Origin: Octopus sinensis
Lineage: Eukaryota
NCBI RefSeq assembly: GCF_006345805.1
Contig: NC_043005.1
Span: forward strand, 80,166,001 to 80,230,000
DNA: 64,000 nucleotides
Direction: 5' to 3'
Within the stretch, counting starts at the first letter, position 1, and each line of letters begins with the position of its first letter. Positions 36,318 to 47,525 of the stretch are shown here, one piece after another. Both the position numbers and the translations under genes were made by a program. The notes under the pieces were generated by a model. That model saw only the letters and a program-made list of their open reading frames with translations. It did not search any database and had not been told where the DNA came from.

Positions 36318-37609
36318 CGAGGAGCGTTCAATAAGTAATGCCTCTGACCCACTTCCCATAGCAGTAGAGCAACGAAACTTGGCACAGTTATTAGTCTTTT
36401 TCTATATAGGAACAACCTAGAGTTACGCATTTCTCCCATCGTTTGATGCGGCTCTGGAGACCGTTTTTGTAGAAGACCCCAGCTTGGTCCTCCAACCTCA
36501 ACGTGACCTCAGAAATCAAGGCTGCATCATCTGGGAAACGCTTTCCTTTCAAAAACAACTTCATGATTGGGAAGAGGTGAAAATCAGAGGGTGCAAGGTC
36601 AGGAAAGTAGGGGGGATGGGGAGGAGTTCATAGCCATACGCCTGTGCTTCTGATCTGGCGACAAGCGAGTTGTGGACCGGAGCGTTGTCCTGCAGGAGGA
36701 GGATGCCTTTGCTGATCTTGCCCCGCCTCTTGATTTTGATAACTTCTCTTAATTTCCTCAAAAGTGAAGCATAATAGGCTCCTGCAATTGTGGTACCCTT
36801 TGCCAGGAAATCTGTCATCACTACTCCGTCCTGGTCCCAGAAGACTGTGAGCATGACCTTGCCAGCGGAGGGCTGCACCCTTGCTTTCTTTGGAGGGGGT
36901 GAGTCACGGTGCTTCCACTGCATTGACTGGGCTTTGGTCTCTGGATCATCGTGATGGACCCAGGTTTCATCCTGTGTAATCAGTCTTTTGAAACATTTTG
37001 ACTTATCTTCTTGGCACATCTCCAAATTCACCCTCGAGCACTCGACGCGTTCTTGCTTCTGGAAAGGCGTGAGCAACCTGGGAATCTATCTGGCAGACAC
37101 CTTTTGCATATGCAAATGGTCATGAATGATAGTTTCCACAGACCCGGTACTAATCTTGACCTCATGGGCTATTTGGCGAATAGTTATGCGTCGATCTTCC
37201 AAAATGGCAGCCTCAACTTGACGGACAGATGCCTCATCAATGGCAGCAAGGGGGCGACCAGATCTGGGAGCTGTTTCCACAGAGTTCCGACCATGTTTGA
37301 ATTCACGATGCCAGCGTTTTACAAGGTCATATGATGGGGCATCCTCACCATAAGTTACTTTCATTTCATCAAAAGTCTCCCGTGGTGTGCGTCCTTTCAA
37401 ATACAAAAACCGGATCACTGCTCGACACTCAACAGGCTCCATTTCACACTTGACTCGGTTCAAACACCTGTAAATCAGAAACCACAATTAATTCAGAGTT
37501 GTAATTTGCTACTTACTCTATAGAGATATAAATAATTGCACATGCAAAATGTCAGCTAGAGCAAACAACTGCAAGTGGGTCAGAGGCATTACTTATTGAA
37601 CGTCCCTCG
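36318..37609 (-). mobile_element. Full-length mariner transposon (1292 bp)
   Basis: 37-bp TIRs, 35/37 identical (CGAGGAGCGTTCAATAAGTAATGCCTCTGACCCACTT); TA TSD at 36316-17 and 37610-11. Confidence 0.97.
36391..37442 (-). pseudogene. Mariner DD34D transposase, disrupted
   Basis: HTH N-terminus MEPVECRAVIRFLYLKG; W(V/I)PR changed to TAG at 37086-88; QDETW, QDNAP, PSDFHLF with D34D spacing; 1-bp frameshift near PHPPYSPDL (span 1052 nt vs 1053 expected). Confidence 0.95.
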
Positions 37610-38406
37610 TAAGATCGATAAATCGACTTGTCCCCTTCCCTCAAAAATCGTTAGCCTTGAATCCTGCCATAACCGGTGTCTCTTTCAATGGAATGCGATG
37701 ATCTCAGCCACTTCTACACCATGAAAATCCGCTAATTGTATTTATGAGTCCCGGGGCTCAAGAAAACTAAATTTAAAAACAATATCTTTTTATCCAAATA
37801 CATTAACCATACTGGACGTCGAATAGTTATTGAGTATTAACAAACATATTTAAAGAGCGTTACAACCACACCCACTATTCTGCACTCGCATTAAATAAGA
37901 AACTTGATGCCCAAAAGTCTGTTACAGAAACGTGAAAATTGCACGTTGTACATGAAAGAAGAAATAAGGGATGATCAGATGTGATCAGTAATGGTTATAC
38001 ATTTTACTGCAGTGTCAATTCGCAAACACATCAAAATACAATGCAGTATAAAGTTTGAATTTAAAATAATATTGTTTGTTAGGTTTTCACTTTTTGTTTT
38101 ATTTAAGAACAAAAGAAGAGTGACAGCTGTATACTTTTATTATGTATTATTTTGTATATCGATCAGCTTAGAGAATTGAATGCTGACATAACTGAACAGC
38201 TGGAAATAGAGACAATAAAGTAAGAAGAAAAACTATTGACTTCTATGTATTGTACTGTAACGCTAAATACACAAATAAATTCGCAGTTATTATTGCCGTG
38301 TGTAGAAAATCATGAAAAAACAAACCTTGTAGAATCGAATCGATAGAGAAACACCCAAATGCACTTATAGATACAAGCTTACACAAGGTTATCTTGTGTC
38401 TTGAGA

Positions 38407-38475
<69 letters not shown>

Positions 38476-39009
38476 ATATATATATGTGTGTGGTGTGTGT
38501 GTGTGTGTATGTATGTATATTTATGTAAGAATGTCTACATATTTATATAAACATACATTTATGTATGTAAATGTATATATATATATATGGATGTATGTGC
38601 TTAATTATACGTGTGTGTTTATACGCTTGCATCTATATGTATATATGCATATATGTATGTATATGTTTTGTACGCATATGTGTATACATGCTCCTCACGT
38701 CCACACTTTCTTTACACACACCAACACCTTGGATTTCCACAGACCTATATAATATACTTTCCAAGGTGAACACGTCTGCAGACAATCAGAAAACCACGTA
38801 ACTGTACACTCAGACCACTTCTGCTATATCCTCTTCTGGACGCAATTGCACCCTTAAAATTCCACATAAATGTTTACCTTCACTTCCTTCTTCCTTCTCT
38901 CATCTCCGACTAGCACTGTATTCTAACCTGGATCCTCACAAGTATCCGGGTTTTTCCATCTTACTGAATTAATCATTTTGTCACAAAATTAGGATTAATA
39001 AACAGCGAT

Positions 39010-39572
39010 TATTGTCCGGAAAGTTCGTGCCGATTTATAGTAGCTTAACTTTCGACTTATTTTAGAACATGGTTGAGTCCATAAAATAGGATTTGACTAT
39101 ACCTACCTTTAGAGCACAGTTTAAGCTATCTTTTCGTGGAAGAAGGTTTATGTTCCTATAACCTGTGTTAATTCTGTAACTCTTTAAAATAGAAGATAAG
39201 AAAGTTCATTTCGGGCAATTGATGCTTTGGAAACCAGACGAAAATTGCTGCAGCTCGGCTGGGATGTGCTACACCACCATCCATATTCACCAGATATTGC
39301 TCCTTCGGATTTCCACTTATTCAGGTCTCTGCAGAATAGTCTTAATGGTAAAAAATTCAATTCCTTGGATGACGTAAAAATATACATTGATGAATTCTTT
39401 GCCATGAATCCACCTCAATTCTGAGAAGAGGGTATTTTCAAGTTAAAGAAAAGATGGAGACGCATTGTGCAACAAAATGGTTGATATTTGATTGATTAAA
39501 AATGTAATGGCAAGTATTTATTGACTTTTTTCTTTCCTTCAAAAATCGGCACGAACTTTCCTGACAAACCAA
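39010..39572 (+). mobile_element. Internally deleted mariner, parent family of the 2969 MITE
   Basis: TIRs TTGTCCGGAAAGTTCGTGCCGATTT / AAATCGGCACGAACTTTCCTGACAA; transposase C-terminus LGWDVLHHHPYSPDIAPSDFHLFRSLQNSL. Confidence 0.92.
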
Positions 39573-39894
39573 TACCTTTTTTTTTTTTTATCAATACACT
39601 CTAAGTCAGTATCTTAGTTACACCGTGTTTGCTGCTGCCAATTGCAAGACGAAGCTACTTCATTACGTTACACCACTTACAACTCTTTAAAATGTCATTA
39701 ACGTCTCGGCATTGTATTTCGTTTGCGGCAGATATTTTACCAATTATTGGTTTGAAATGTTAGTACATGGTCGGTAATTTCGTGGATGGTGGTAAGTCCA
39801 TTACACCGACCCAAATTACCAACTGGTACATGATGCAAGGTTGCTTATATTTTTTAAATGGATTAACGTACTGGTCCCGTCAATTTATAACCAT

Positions 39895-40410
39895 TTAGGT
39901 CAGGAAGGAGTGCTTGAGCGGTTGCAGCATGTCATTGAATCTACTATTTGTTGAGATTTGCTCAGTTCGTCGCGAGCACACATCTGTGTAGTGTTCCAGC
40001 TAGTCCCCATCTCTAAGACATACTTTCTCATCCGCTCTGACCAACATGAGCCGTTGCCCCAGCGGGATCCTGAGAGAAGGGAACACGTTACGCAGGTGCA
40101 ACGTCGACAAACAATCTCAGCTGGTACTCCTGAATCTTACAAGTAACAGGACACATTTTAGTTTCTGAGAATAGTCGTCAGTTGGATACGAAATCCATAA
40201 TACTGCGAAGTATCCTGGTACCAAATGAGCTCAGGCAGCTCCTAGGGGCTCTGATTAGGGTCCACGTCTTGTAACTATAGAGCAAGGCAGGGAAGACCAG
40301 AGACCTAAAGAACCAAAACTTTGCCTTCCTGCTTAGATACCGGCAGTGCCGAGAAGTGAAAGAATACGAAGGCACTACCTGATCCTAACAAACGACGAAG
40401 ATGTCTTCGT
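39895..40410 (-). mobile_element. RTE-clade LINE 3' fragment
   Basis: CRYLSRKAKFWFFRSLVFPALLYSYKTWTL...LSSFGTRILRSI, the RTE ORF2 C-terminal pattern; tail CCTGACCT. Confidence 0.82.
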
Positions 40411-40413
40411 CGT

Positions 40414-40414
<1 letters not shown>

Positions 40415-40512
<98 letters not shown>

Positions 40513-40885
40513 CCGAAAGACCGAGAGACGGAGACACAGACAGACCGAGAGACCGATAGGCCGACAGACCGAGAGACAGACTGACCGACATACCGACAGA
40601 CACACAGACAAACACAGAGAGACCGACAGACAGTCCGACAGACAGACTAACAGATAGACCGATAGACAAACAGATAGACTGACAGACAGACTGACAGACC
40701 GACAGACCCACATACAGACCGGGAGACAGGCAGATAGATAGATAGATAGATAGATAGACAGACAGACTGACAGACAGACCGACAGACCGAGAGACCGATA
40801 GACGGACAGACCGAAATACCAACAGACAGACAATCAGACCGACAAACAGACCGACAAACAGACCGACAGGCAGACATAGACAGAT
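40415..40885. repeat. Compound (GATA)n/(GACA)/(GACC) tetranucleotide repeat
   Basis: Direct reading. Confidence 0.95.
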
Positions 40886-41177
40886 TTAAAATTAATATTA
40901 ATCAAAAGTACTATCTGTGTTTTTACACGAATGAACTACATTTGATCTTAGATCCGTTCCATTCGAATTGGCCTCATCTTATGAAGATCAATAAACAATT
41001 TCCTTCTTAAAAAAGGCATGCGAAATATCTTACACTCATTCACTTAACTTGCAAGAAGGAGTAGCTATAACCCTCTAGAATAAATTACGCCCATTTTCGA
41101 AAATCGAATTGCCGCATCTCGTTGAAAGGATGAATAGACAAAAAGTAAAATACGCGTGTGAAATTCGACTGGTAACC

Positions 41178-41252
41178 GCTGTTGCTGCTGCTGCTGTGGC
41201 TGCTGCTGCTGTTGCTGCTGCTGCTTTTGCTGCTGCTGCTACTTCTGCTGCC
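41178..41252. repeat. (GCT)n microsatellite
   Basis: Direct reading. Confidence 0.93.
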
Positions 41253-41353
41253 TTCTGCGTTTGTTTTCAGCTTAAGAGTCACAGAAATAGAAGGAAAAAA
41301 TTTCCCCTCAAGGGGAGAGAATCGCTGTGAGAGAGAGAGTGAGAGAAATTATA

Positions 41354-41747
41354 TCTCTCTATATATAAAGCTGAAGTTGTCTGTGTATGGCAGGTTTGGT
41401 AGCCTTCAACTAACACTATCTCCTCCAAGACTCTGCGGCGCAAGTTGACCAAAATTGAAAGTATGATAGAAGAAGGCTTTCTCTTCCTTTCCTAGAAGAA
41501 CAAATTCAAATCGGACCATCTTAACACCAAAAATTATTTACATCAAAATGGTGCTTTTTTTCTATGAAAATCCCTATTTTTTTACGATTTTTTCACTGCT
41601 GTGTCGCCATTTTTCGGTGTATTTCAACCAGAAAAGATGTTCACTTAAAGAGAATAACAAGCTACATAATGCAAAATTTTTACTTTTTAAAAATTGCAAT
41701 TCTAAATGGTCGAAACAAACCCGAGCAACGCCGGGCGATACTGCTAG
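41354..41747 (+). mobile_element. Non-autonomous Helitron-type element 3
   Basis: A|TCTCTCTATATATAAAG ... CCCGAGCAACGCCGGG-CGATACTG-CTAG|T. Confidence 0.8.
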
Positions 41748-42459
41748 TATATATATATACTTATTTTAAATTGCGAGTAGTTATTTTTATATAAGTTATA
41801 TTTTGATCGTCCTAGTAGCTGTAAGTAGATGCAAATAAATTTATTTCGCTCTGAATTGGAGCTTGTCAATGCACTGCAACTTGGGATAAAACTACATGGT
41901 CATCTAAAACATTTAGAAACTATATAAACGATTGAATTTCGTTTTTTTTTAGTATAGTAGAGAAAAGATGTTAGAGAGAGTGAGTATGTAAACCCCTGAA
42001 CCACAATTGAAATTACCATTAACACTATATAGAGTACGATATATATTTTCTATTTCTTTTACTATTGACAGTTAAGGAGAGTTTGAGAGATAGAAAGTCT
42101 CTTACGTGTTTAAGAGTCACATTCTGTGAGTGTTTCAGGAGTCTTATTTTATTTCTTCCATGTTTCGCTGGAATAAACTGCTCTGACGGTGAATCCCAAC
42201 AATCAGAATTGTTACCGGACTGCGAAAGATGCTTGGTCCGCACTTGGAAAGATGCTGAGTTCATATGCCTTTCATCCTTGCGTATTTGAAAAAATGGCGG
42301 AAGTTGAACAATATTATGGGTTGTCATTCAAGTTGTAGATTTCTCCGAAGCCATAAGAATATGCTGAATGACATGGCAAAATATAAGTAAATAAATTTTG
42401 AGGATGTACGTGTCTCCATATTCACTATCGTTATGATTATTGATTCTGTATACGTATAA

Positions 42460-42501
42460 GTATAAGTATATATATATATTATATATATATATAATATATA
42501 T

Positions 42502-42577
<76 letters not shown>

Positions 42578-42696
42578 ATATAATATATATATATTATATA
42601 TTATATATATATATATATACCTATATACACACATACACACATACACACATACATATATATTATATATATATAATATATTTATATATATATATATAT

Positions 42697-42728
<32 letters not shown>

Positions 42729-42768
42729 ATACATACATATATGCATACACACACACACACAACGCACG

Positions 42769-42807
<39 letters not shown>

Positions 42808-42810
42808 GCC
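42460..42810. repeat. (TA)n/(CA)n compound microsatellite
   Basis: Direct reading. Confidence 0.97.
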
Positions 42811-43915
42811 ACAGAAACAGCCTCAGTACTCCCATGATAGGGCTCCCCATCCAAAAAGATGCCTGCCTCACAGAAAACTCAATGAGGATAAATGAAATAC
42901 TGAACGAACTGTTCCAAAGTGTGTTTCCTATATCTCTGGGACATAGGCAAGTGAACAACTTAGTAGAATTCTTTACCTGTAATCAAAGAGACGAAAATTG
43001 ATTACATCAACATTAAAGAAGATGTAACACTGGCCATAGATAGGTTTGACACAAACTGAGCTGCTGGCCCTGGTCGATTCCCAGCAACCCATCTCAAATC
43101 GTAGAAATGAACCCTTGCCAAACCACTGCAGCTTCTTTTTCAGGGTTTTCTTTCATGTGGTAGGCCACCAGACAAACCGAAGGAAGGAATAATATGCCCT
43201 ACCTTTAAATGAGGAAGCAGAGCAGGTGCTAGATATTATAGGCTTATCTCTCTGACATCACACATCCGTATAATCTTGGAACGAATAGTCCGCAGAGAAC
43301 TAATCACATTCATTGAAGAAAATGACGTGCTGTCTGACACCAAGCATGGATTTCACTAGGTAGAAGCTGCAAGAAACAGTTCTTGCAACATTACAACTGG
43401 GTGTTAAAACAGTTGCTAAATAACTCAAAAGTGGTTGTGATAGATCTCGACTTTGCAAAGTCGACCATGGTATGATGTGTAACAAACTGTGTGATCTCGG
43501 CATAGTAGGAAAACGACTTCCTAAAAGATAGACGTCAACCAGTGGTGGCCAATGGAGCCACCTTAAAGGAAACACAAATAGTAAATGGTGTTCCACAGGG
43601 CACGGTCTTAGGGCTACTGCTATTCGTAGAGGCCCACTCAGACATGCTCTCAGATAGCCACCCTTGCTAGCTATGCAGATGATAAAAAAGTCTCTCAGAC
43701 AATACGAAATCTTAGAAATATTGCACATCTGCTACGGGAGTGAGACGCAATATACAGGTGGACTGAGAGCAACAACATGCAGTTAAATGCAGAAAAATTC
43801 CAGGCTCTACGCTACTAGCACATAAAGCTGAACGACATGCAGACACGATTCACTGTCCTGAGATGAATTGCAATCGCTGAATCAAAATCACTGCGTGACC
43901 AAAATCATTGACGTG
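42810..43915 (+). pseudogene. CR1-clade LINE reverse transcriptase fragment
   Basis: Frameshifted NYRLISLTSH, KHGF..GRSC, LDFAK, GVPQGTVLG.LLF, YADD (about 43673), NNMQLNAEKFQ. Confidence 0.9.
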
Positions 43916-44002
43916 AACAACGTTGCGCCTTTCCATGTGCATATTACAAATATATATATATATACGTAATATATGCGTAAGATATATATATATATATATA
44001 TA

Positions 44003-44332
44003 TACTCTTTTACTCTTTTACTTGTTTCAGTCATTTGACTGCAGCCATGCTGGAGCACCGCCTTTAACCGAGCAACTCGACCCCGGGAATTATTCTTTTG
44101 TAAGCCCAGTACTTATTCTATCGGCTAAGTAACGGGGACATAAACACACCAGCATCGGTTGTCCATCAATGCTAGGGGTCAAACACAGACACACAAACTC
44201 ACACACGCATATATATATATATATATACATATATACGACGGGCTTCTTTCAGTTTCCGTCTACCAAATCCACTCACAAGGCTTTGGTCGGCCCGAGGCTA
44301 TAGTAGAAGACACTTGCCCAAGGTGCGACGCA
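44003..44332 (-). mobile_element. 5'-truncated SINE family A
   Basis: Reverse complement of 44416-44774 with one small deletion. Confidence 0.92.
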
Positions 44333-44349
44333 ATATATATATATATATA

Positions 44350-44774
44350 GGCGCAGGAGTGGCTGTGTGGTAAGTAGCTTGCTTACCAACCACATGGTTC
44401 CGGGTTCAGTCCCACTGCGTGGCATCTTGGGCAAGTGTCTTCTGCTATAGCCCCGGGCCGACCAATGCCTTGTGAGTGGATTTGGTAGACGGAAACTGAA
44501 AGAAGCCTGTCGTATATATATATAGTATATATATATATATATATGTATGTGCGTGTGTTTGTGTGTCTGTGTTTGTTCCCCTAGCATTGCTTGACAACCG
44601 ATGCTGGTGTGTTTACGTCCCCGTCACTTAGCGGTTCGGCAAAAGACACCGATAGAATAAGTACTGGGCTTACAAAGAATAAGTCCCGGGGTCGAGTTGC
44701 TCGACTAAAGGCGGTGCTCCAGCATGGCCGCAGTCAAATGACTGAAACAAGTAAAAGAGTAAAGGAGTAAAGAG
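44350..44774 (+). mobile_element. Full-length SINE family A
   Basis: GGCGCAGGAGTGGCTGTGTGGTAAG...CCGGGTTCAGTCCC...GGAAACTGAAAGAAGCC-(TA)n(TG)n-...GGCGGTGCTCCAGCATGGCCGCAGTCAAATGACTGAAACAAGTAAAAGAGTA. Confidence 0.95.
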
Positions 44775-45399
44775 TATATATGTATGTATATATGTATGTA
44801 TGTATGTATATATCTATATCTATAGATATATACATATGTGTATGTTTATATATACATACGCTAACTCTACAAAACAGTTGTCATATAATTGACGCTTTTA
44901 GCAAATGTTTTGTTGCTTGTTATATTTTTTTAGCAAAATGATCTAGAATAGGAATTGACAGAACCGACGATGTTTAACTGAACATCGATTTTACATTCAG
45001 CCGACCAACAAAGTAAAGACTAAACCAGCTGTGGCTTTCATAACAGAGATGTATGCGTTGCTATTTCTTTCAGCACAGACAAAGTTACTGTCGTTAGAAG
45101 GTTTCCAGCGTTATCACATAAAAGGGGACGTATTCAGTCGGTGTCGTTTAGCTGATTTACGATCTTACACGTTTTATGCATTACAATAAGGCCTAGTATT
45201 TGGAATCCAGAAAACTACCGTAATTGATTAAGTATTTCCAAAGAAGCAAAACCCGTTATGATATAATCGTCGAAATCAACTAATGATAAGTACTCGATAT
45301 AATCCTTGTTCTCTGTATTGAGTACTTGATATAATTCTTGTTGTCTGTATTTAACACATTTCATTCAAGCAAGTAGGATTTTAAACAGAAAAGATTTTA

Positions 45400-45535
45400 C
45401 GACGGGCCAACAAGGCTTTGGTCGGCCCGACCCTATAGTAGAAGACACTTGCCCGAGGTGCCAAGCAGTGGGACTGAACCCGGAACCATGTGGTTGGTAA
45501 GCAAGCTGCTTACCACGCACTCACTCCGGCACCTA
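45400..45535 (-). mobile_element. SINE family A 5' fragment
   Basis: CTATAGTAGAAGACACTTGCCC...GGGACTGAACCCGGAACCATGTGG on the plus strand. Confidence 0.85.
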
Positions 45536-45885
45536 TATATATATTACAAATGATACTAAATTAGTCTAAGTGTTAGGAAATACTCACGTTGCTAGAAATA
45601 AGAGCTAAACCACTGTCATGCTGTAGTTAACGCACTCGAATGAAAACATATACGTTAACAAGAACCATAATCATCTGAAAAGTACCAATCGAGAATTCTT
45701 AATACTGACGAGTCAGTTTCGGCTATTTCCGTTGCTTCATCAGTTAAGACCGCTAGATTCTTTCTGGATACGCTTCACCATTAGTATTTATGTTGTCGTT
45801 ATCCAAATCATTGGATGATTTTAGTGACATTTGTAATCCCCCTTTTTGATGAAACATTGCAAACTGCTGTTTATGCATACATATG

Positions 45886-45961
<76 letters not shown>

Positions 45962-45981
45962 TATATATATAATATATTATG

Positions 45982-46012
<31 letters not shown>

Positions 46013-46264
46013 TGTGTGTTATGTGTTTATGTGTGTGTCTATGTAGGTATGTATGTACGTGTGCGTCTTTGTATATACTCACATATACATGTATACATTT
46101 ATATACATATATATATCTATCAATCTCCTTGCATGCATGCATGGCCACACACAAGCCTCATTCGTTTGGCTAAGCCCTTGATCGCCACACTTACGGATAC
46201 ATACAGACACACAAACACATATACATAGTTACACATACACACATACATATATAGATGTATGTGA

Positions 46265-46465
46265 CCTCGTGTGTACCGTTGGCGATTTTTTCCTCTGTCT
46301 TCCGTTCTCTGGATCTTTCCTTCTCCTATGTTTCCGATGAAGAGCTCCGCTCGAAACGTTAAACCCTCCTTCTTTCCTTCTTTCCTGAGCGTCCAATAAT
46401 ACTATATTTGTTCCACGTCCTCGCGTTGTTGTGTTTTTTTGGTGCTTTCTTGTTTGGATTAACTA
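46265..46465 (+). mobile_element. Penelope-like element terminal fragment
   Basis: Pyrimidine-rich body with CCGATGAAGAGCTCCGCTCGAAACGTT; paralog at 33770-33965; ends in (TA)n. Confidence 0.7.
46330..46364 (+). ncRNA. Minimal type-I hammerhead-ribozyme-like motif (core CCGAUGA)
   Basis: GUUU-CCGAUGA-A-GAGC(UCC)GCUC-GAAAC-GUU-AAAC. Confidence 0.55.
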
Positions 46466-46472
46466 TATATAT

Positions 46473-46519
<47 letters not shown>

Positions 46520-46544
46520 TAATAATAATAATAAATATTAGGGA

Positions 46545-46813
46545 ATAAATCCAAATTTACAGGGAAAAATCAGATTTATGATTGAATCCAATTTTATAGT
46601 AAAATATAATATAATATTAATTAGAGACAAAATAGTTCAAAATTGCATAGAAGGTCTTGTTAACCACCTGATGGATGTCCATTGAAGTGGCAAGAAACGA
46701 TCGTAGTGGATATCTTAATTAATCTTAATTATATTTAATTTATATAAAAATTTTTATGTATTGGATTAAGTCTTTCTTTTGTTTGATTTGCATAATAGTG
46801 GTTTTGTCTCTAA

Positions 46814-46820
<7 letters not shown>
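46545..46820 (+). mobile_element. Second Penelope-like terminal fragment with an internal 17-bp inverted repeat
   Basis: ATTAATTAGAGACAAAA (about 46617) and TTTTGTCTCTAATTAAT (about 46802) bracket a hammerhead-like motif. Confidence 0.55.
46664..46709 (+). ncRNA. Minimal type-I hammerhead-ribozyme-like motif (core CUGAUGGA)
   Basis: CCAC-CUGAUGGA-[UGUCCAU UGAA GUGGCA]-A-GAAAC-GAUC-GUA-GUGG; stem I CCAC/GUGG; palindromic ACGAUCGU. Confidence 0.55.
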
Positions 46821-46854
<34 letters not shown>

Positions 46855-46911
46855 CGGCAACGGGAAACTCAGAGTACAGGTTTTGTTGAATTTTCTGCTG
46901 CTTTAAATAAA

Positions 46912-46957
<46 letters not shown>

Positions 46958-47149
46958 AACATATTTAGATATGGATATATATGTAAATAAATATATGTAT
47001 ATATCCACATATATAAAGTCATATGCATGCATATATGCGCATATACATATGAGCATATATGCATAGATATGTGTGTTTGTACAAATGTTCTTTTAAAAAC
47101 GACTTTAGTATCAGCGGTGGGAGGAAAAGGAGCTTCTGTTACTCTAGCT

Positions 47150-47466
47150 ACTACTACGTAATATCTAAAACAGTGAACATTTATATACTGCTACTACAAC
47201 TACTACAAATACTACTACTACTCGTACTACTACTACTACTACTAGTACTACTACTACTACTACCACGACTACTATTACTACTACCACTACTACTATTACT
47301 ACTACCACCACTACCACGACTACTAATACTATTACTACCACTGCCACTACTACTATCACCACCACTACTATTATTACTAAAGCTACCACCATAACCACCA
47401 CCAAAACCACCACCACCACAACCACCACAACCATCACCATCACCACCACCACTACTACTACTACTG

Positions 47467-47523
<57 letters not shown>

Positions 47524-47525
47524 GT
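47150..47525. repeat. Compound (CTA)/(CCA)n microsatellite
   Basis: Direct reading. Confidence 0.95.

Larger units (their letters stand above)
36165..37665 (+). mobile_element. SINE family B split by the mariner insertion (36165-36315 and 37612-37665)
   Basis: SINE sequence ...TCATGTAC|TA resumes after the mariner as AGATCGATAAATCGACTTGTCCCC, matching the consensus GTACTGGGGTCGATGTAATCGAC. Confidence 0.75.

Noticed and set aside
41109-41330. Poly-alanine ORF resembling a transcription-factor tract
   Set aside because: It is a (GCT)n microsatellite; the flanking residues show no domain and there are no convincing exon boundaries.
42460-42810. Regular TT/AA phase slips inside (TA)n runs as a coded pattern
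   Set aside because: Equally explained by slippage or by sequencing and consensus indel errors in dinucleotide runs; cannot be judged without reads.
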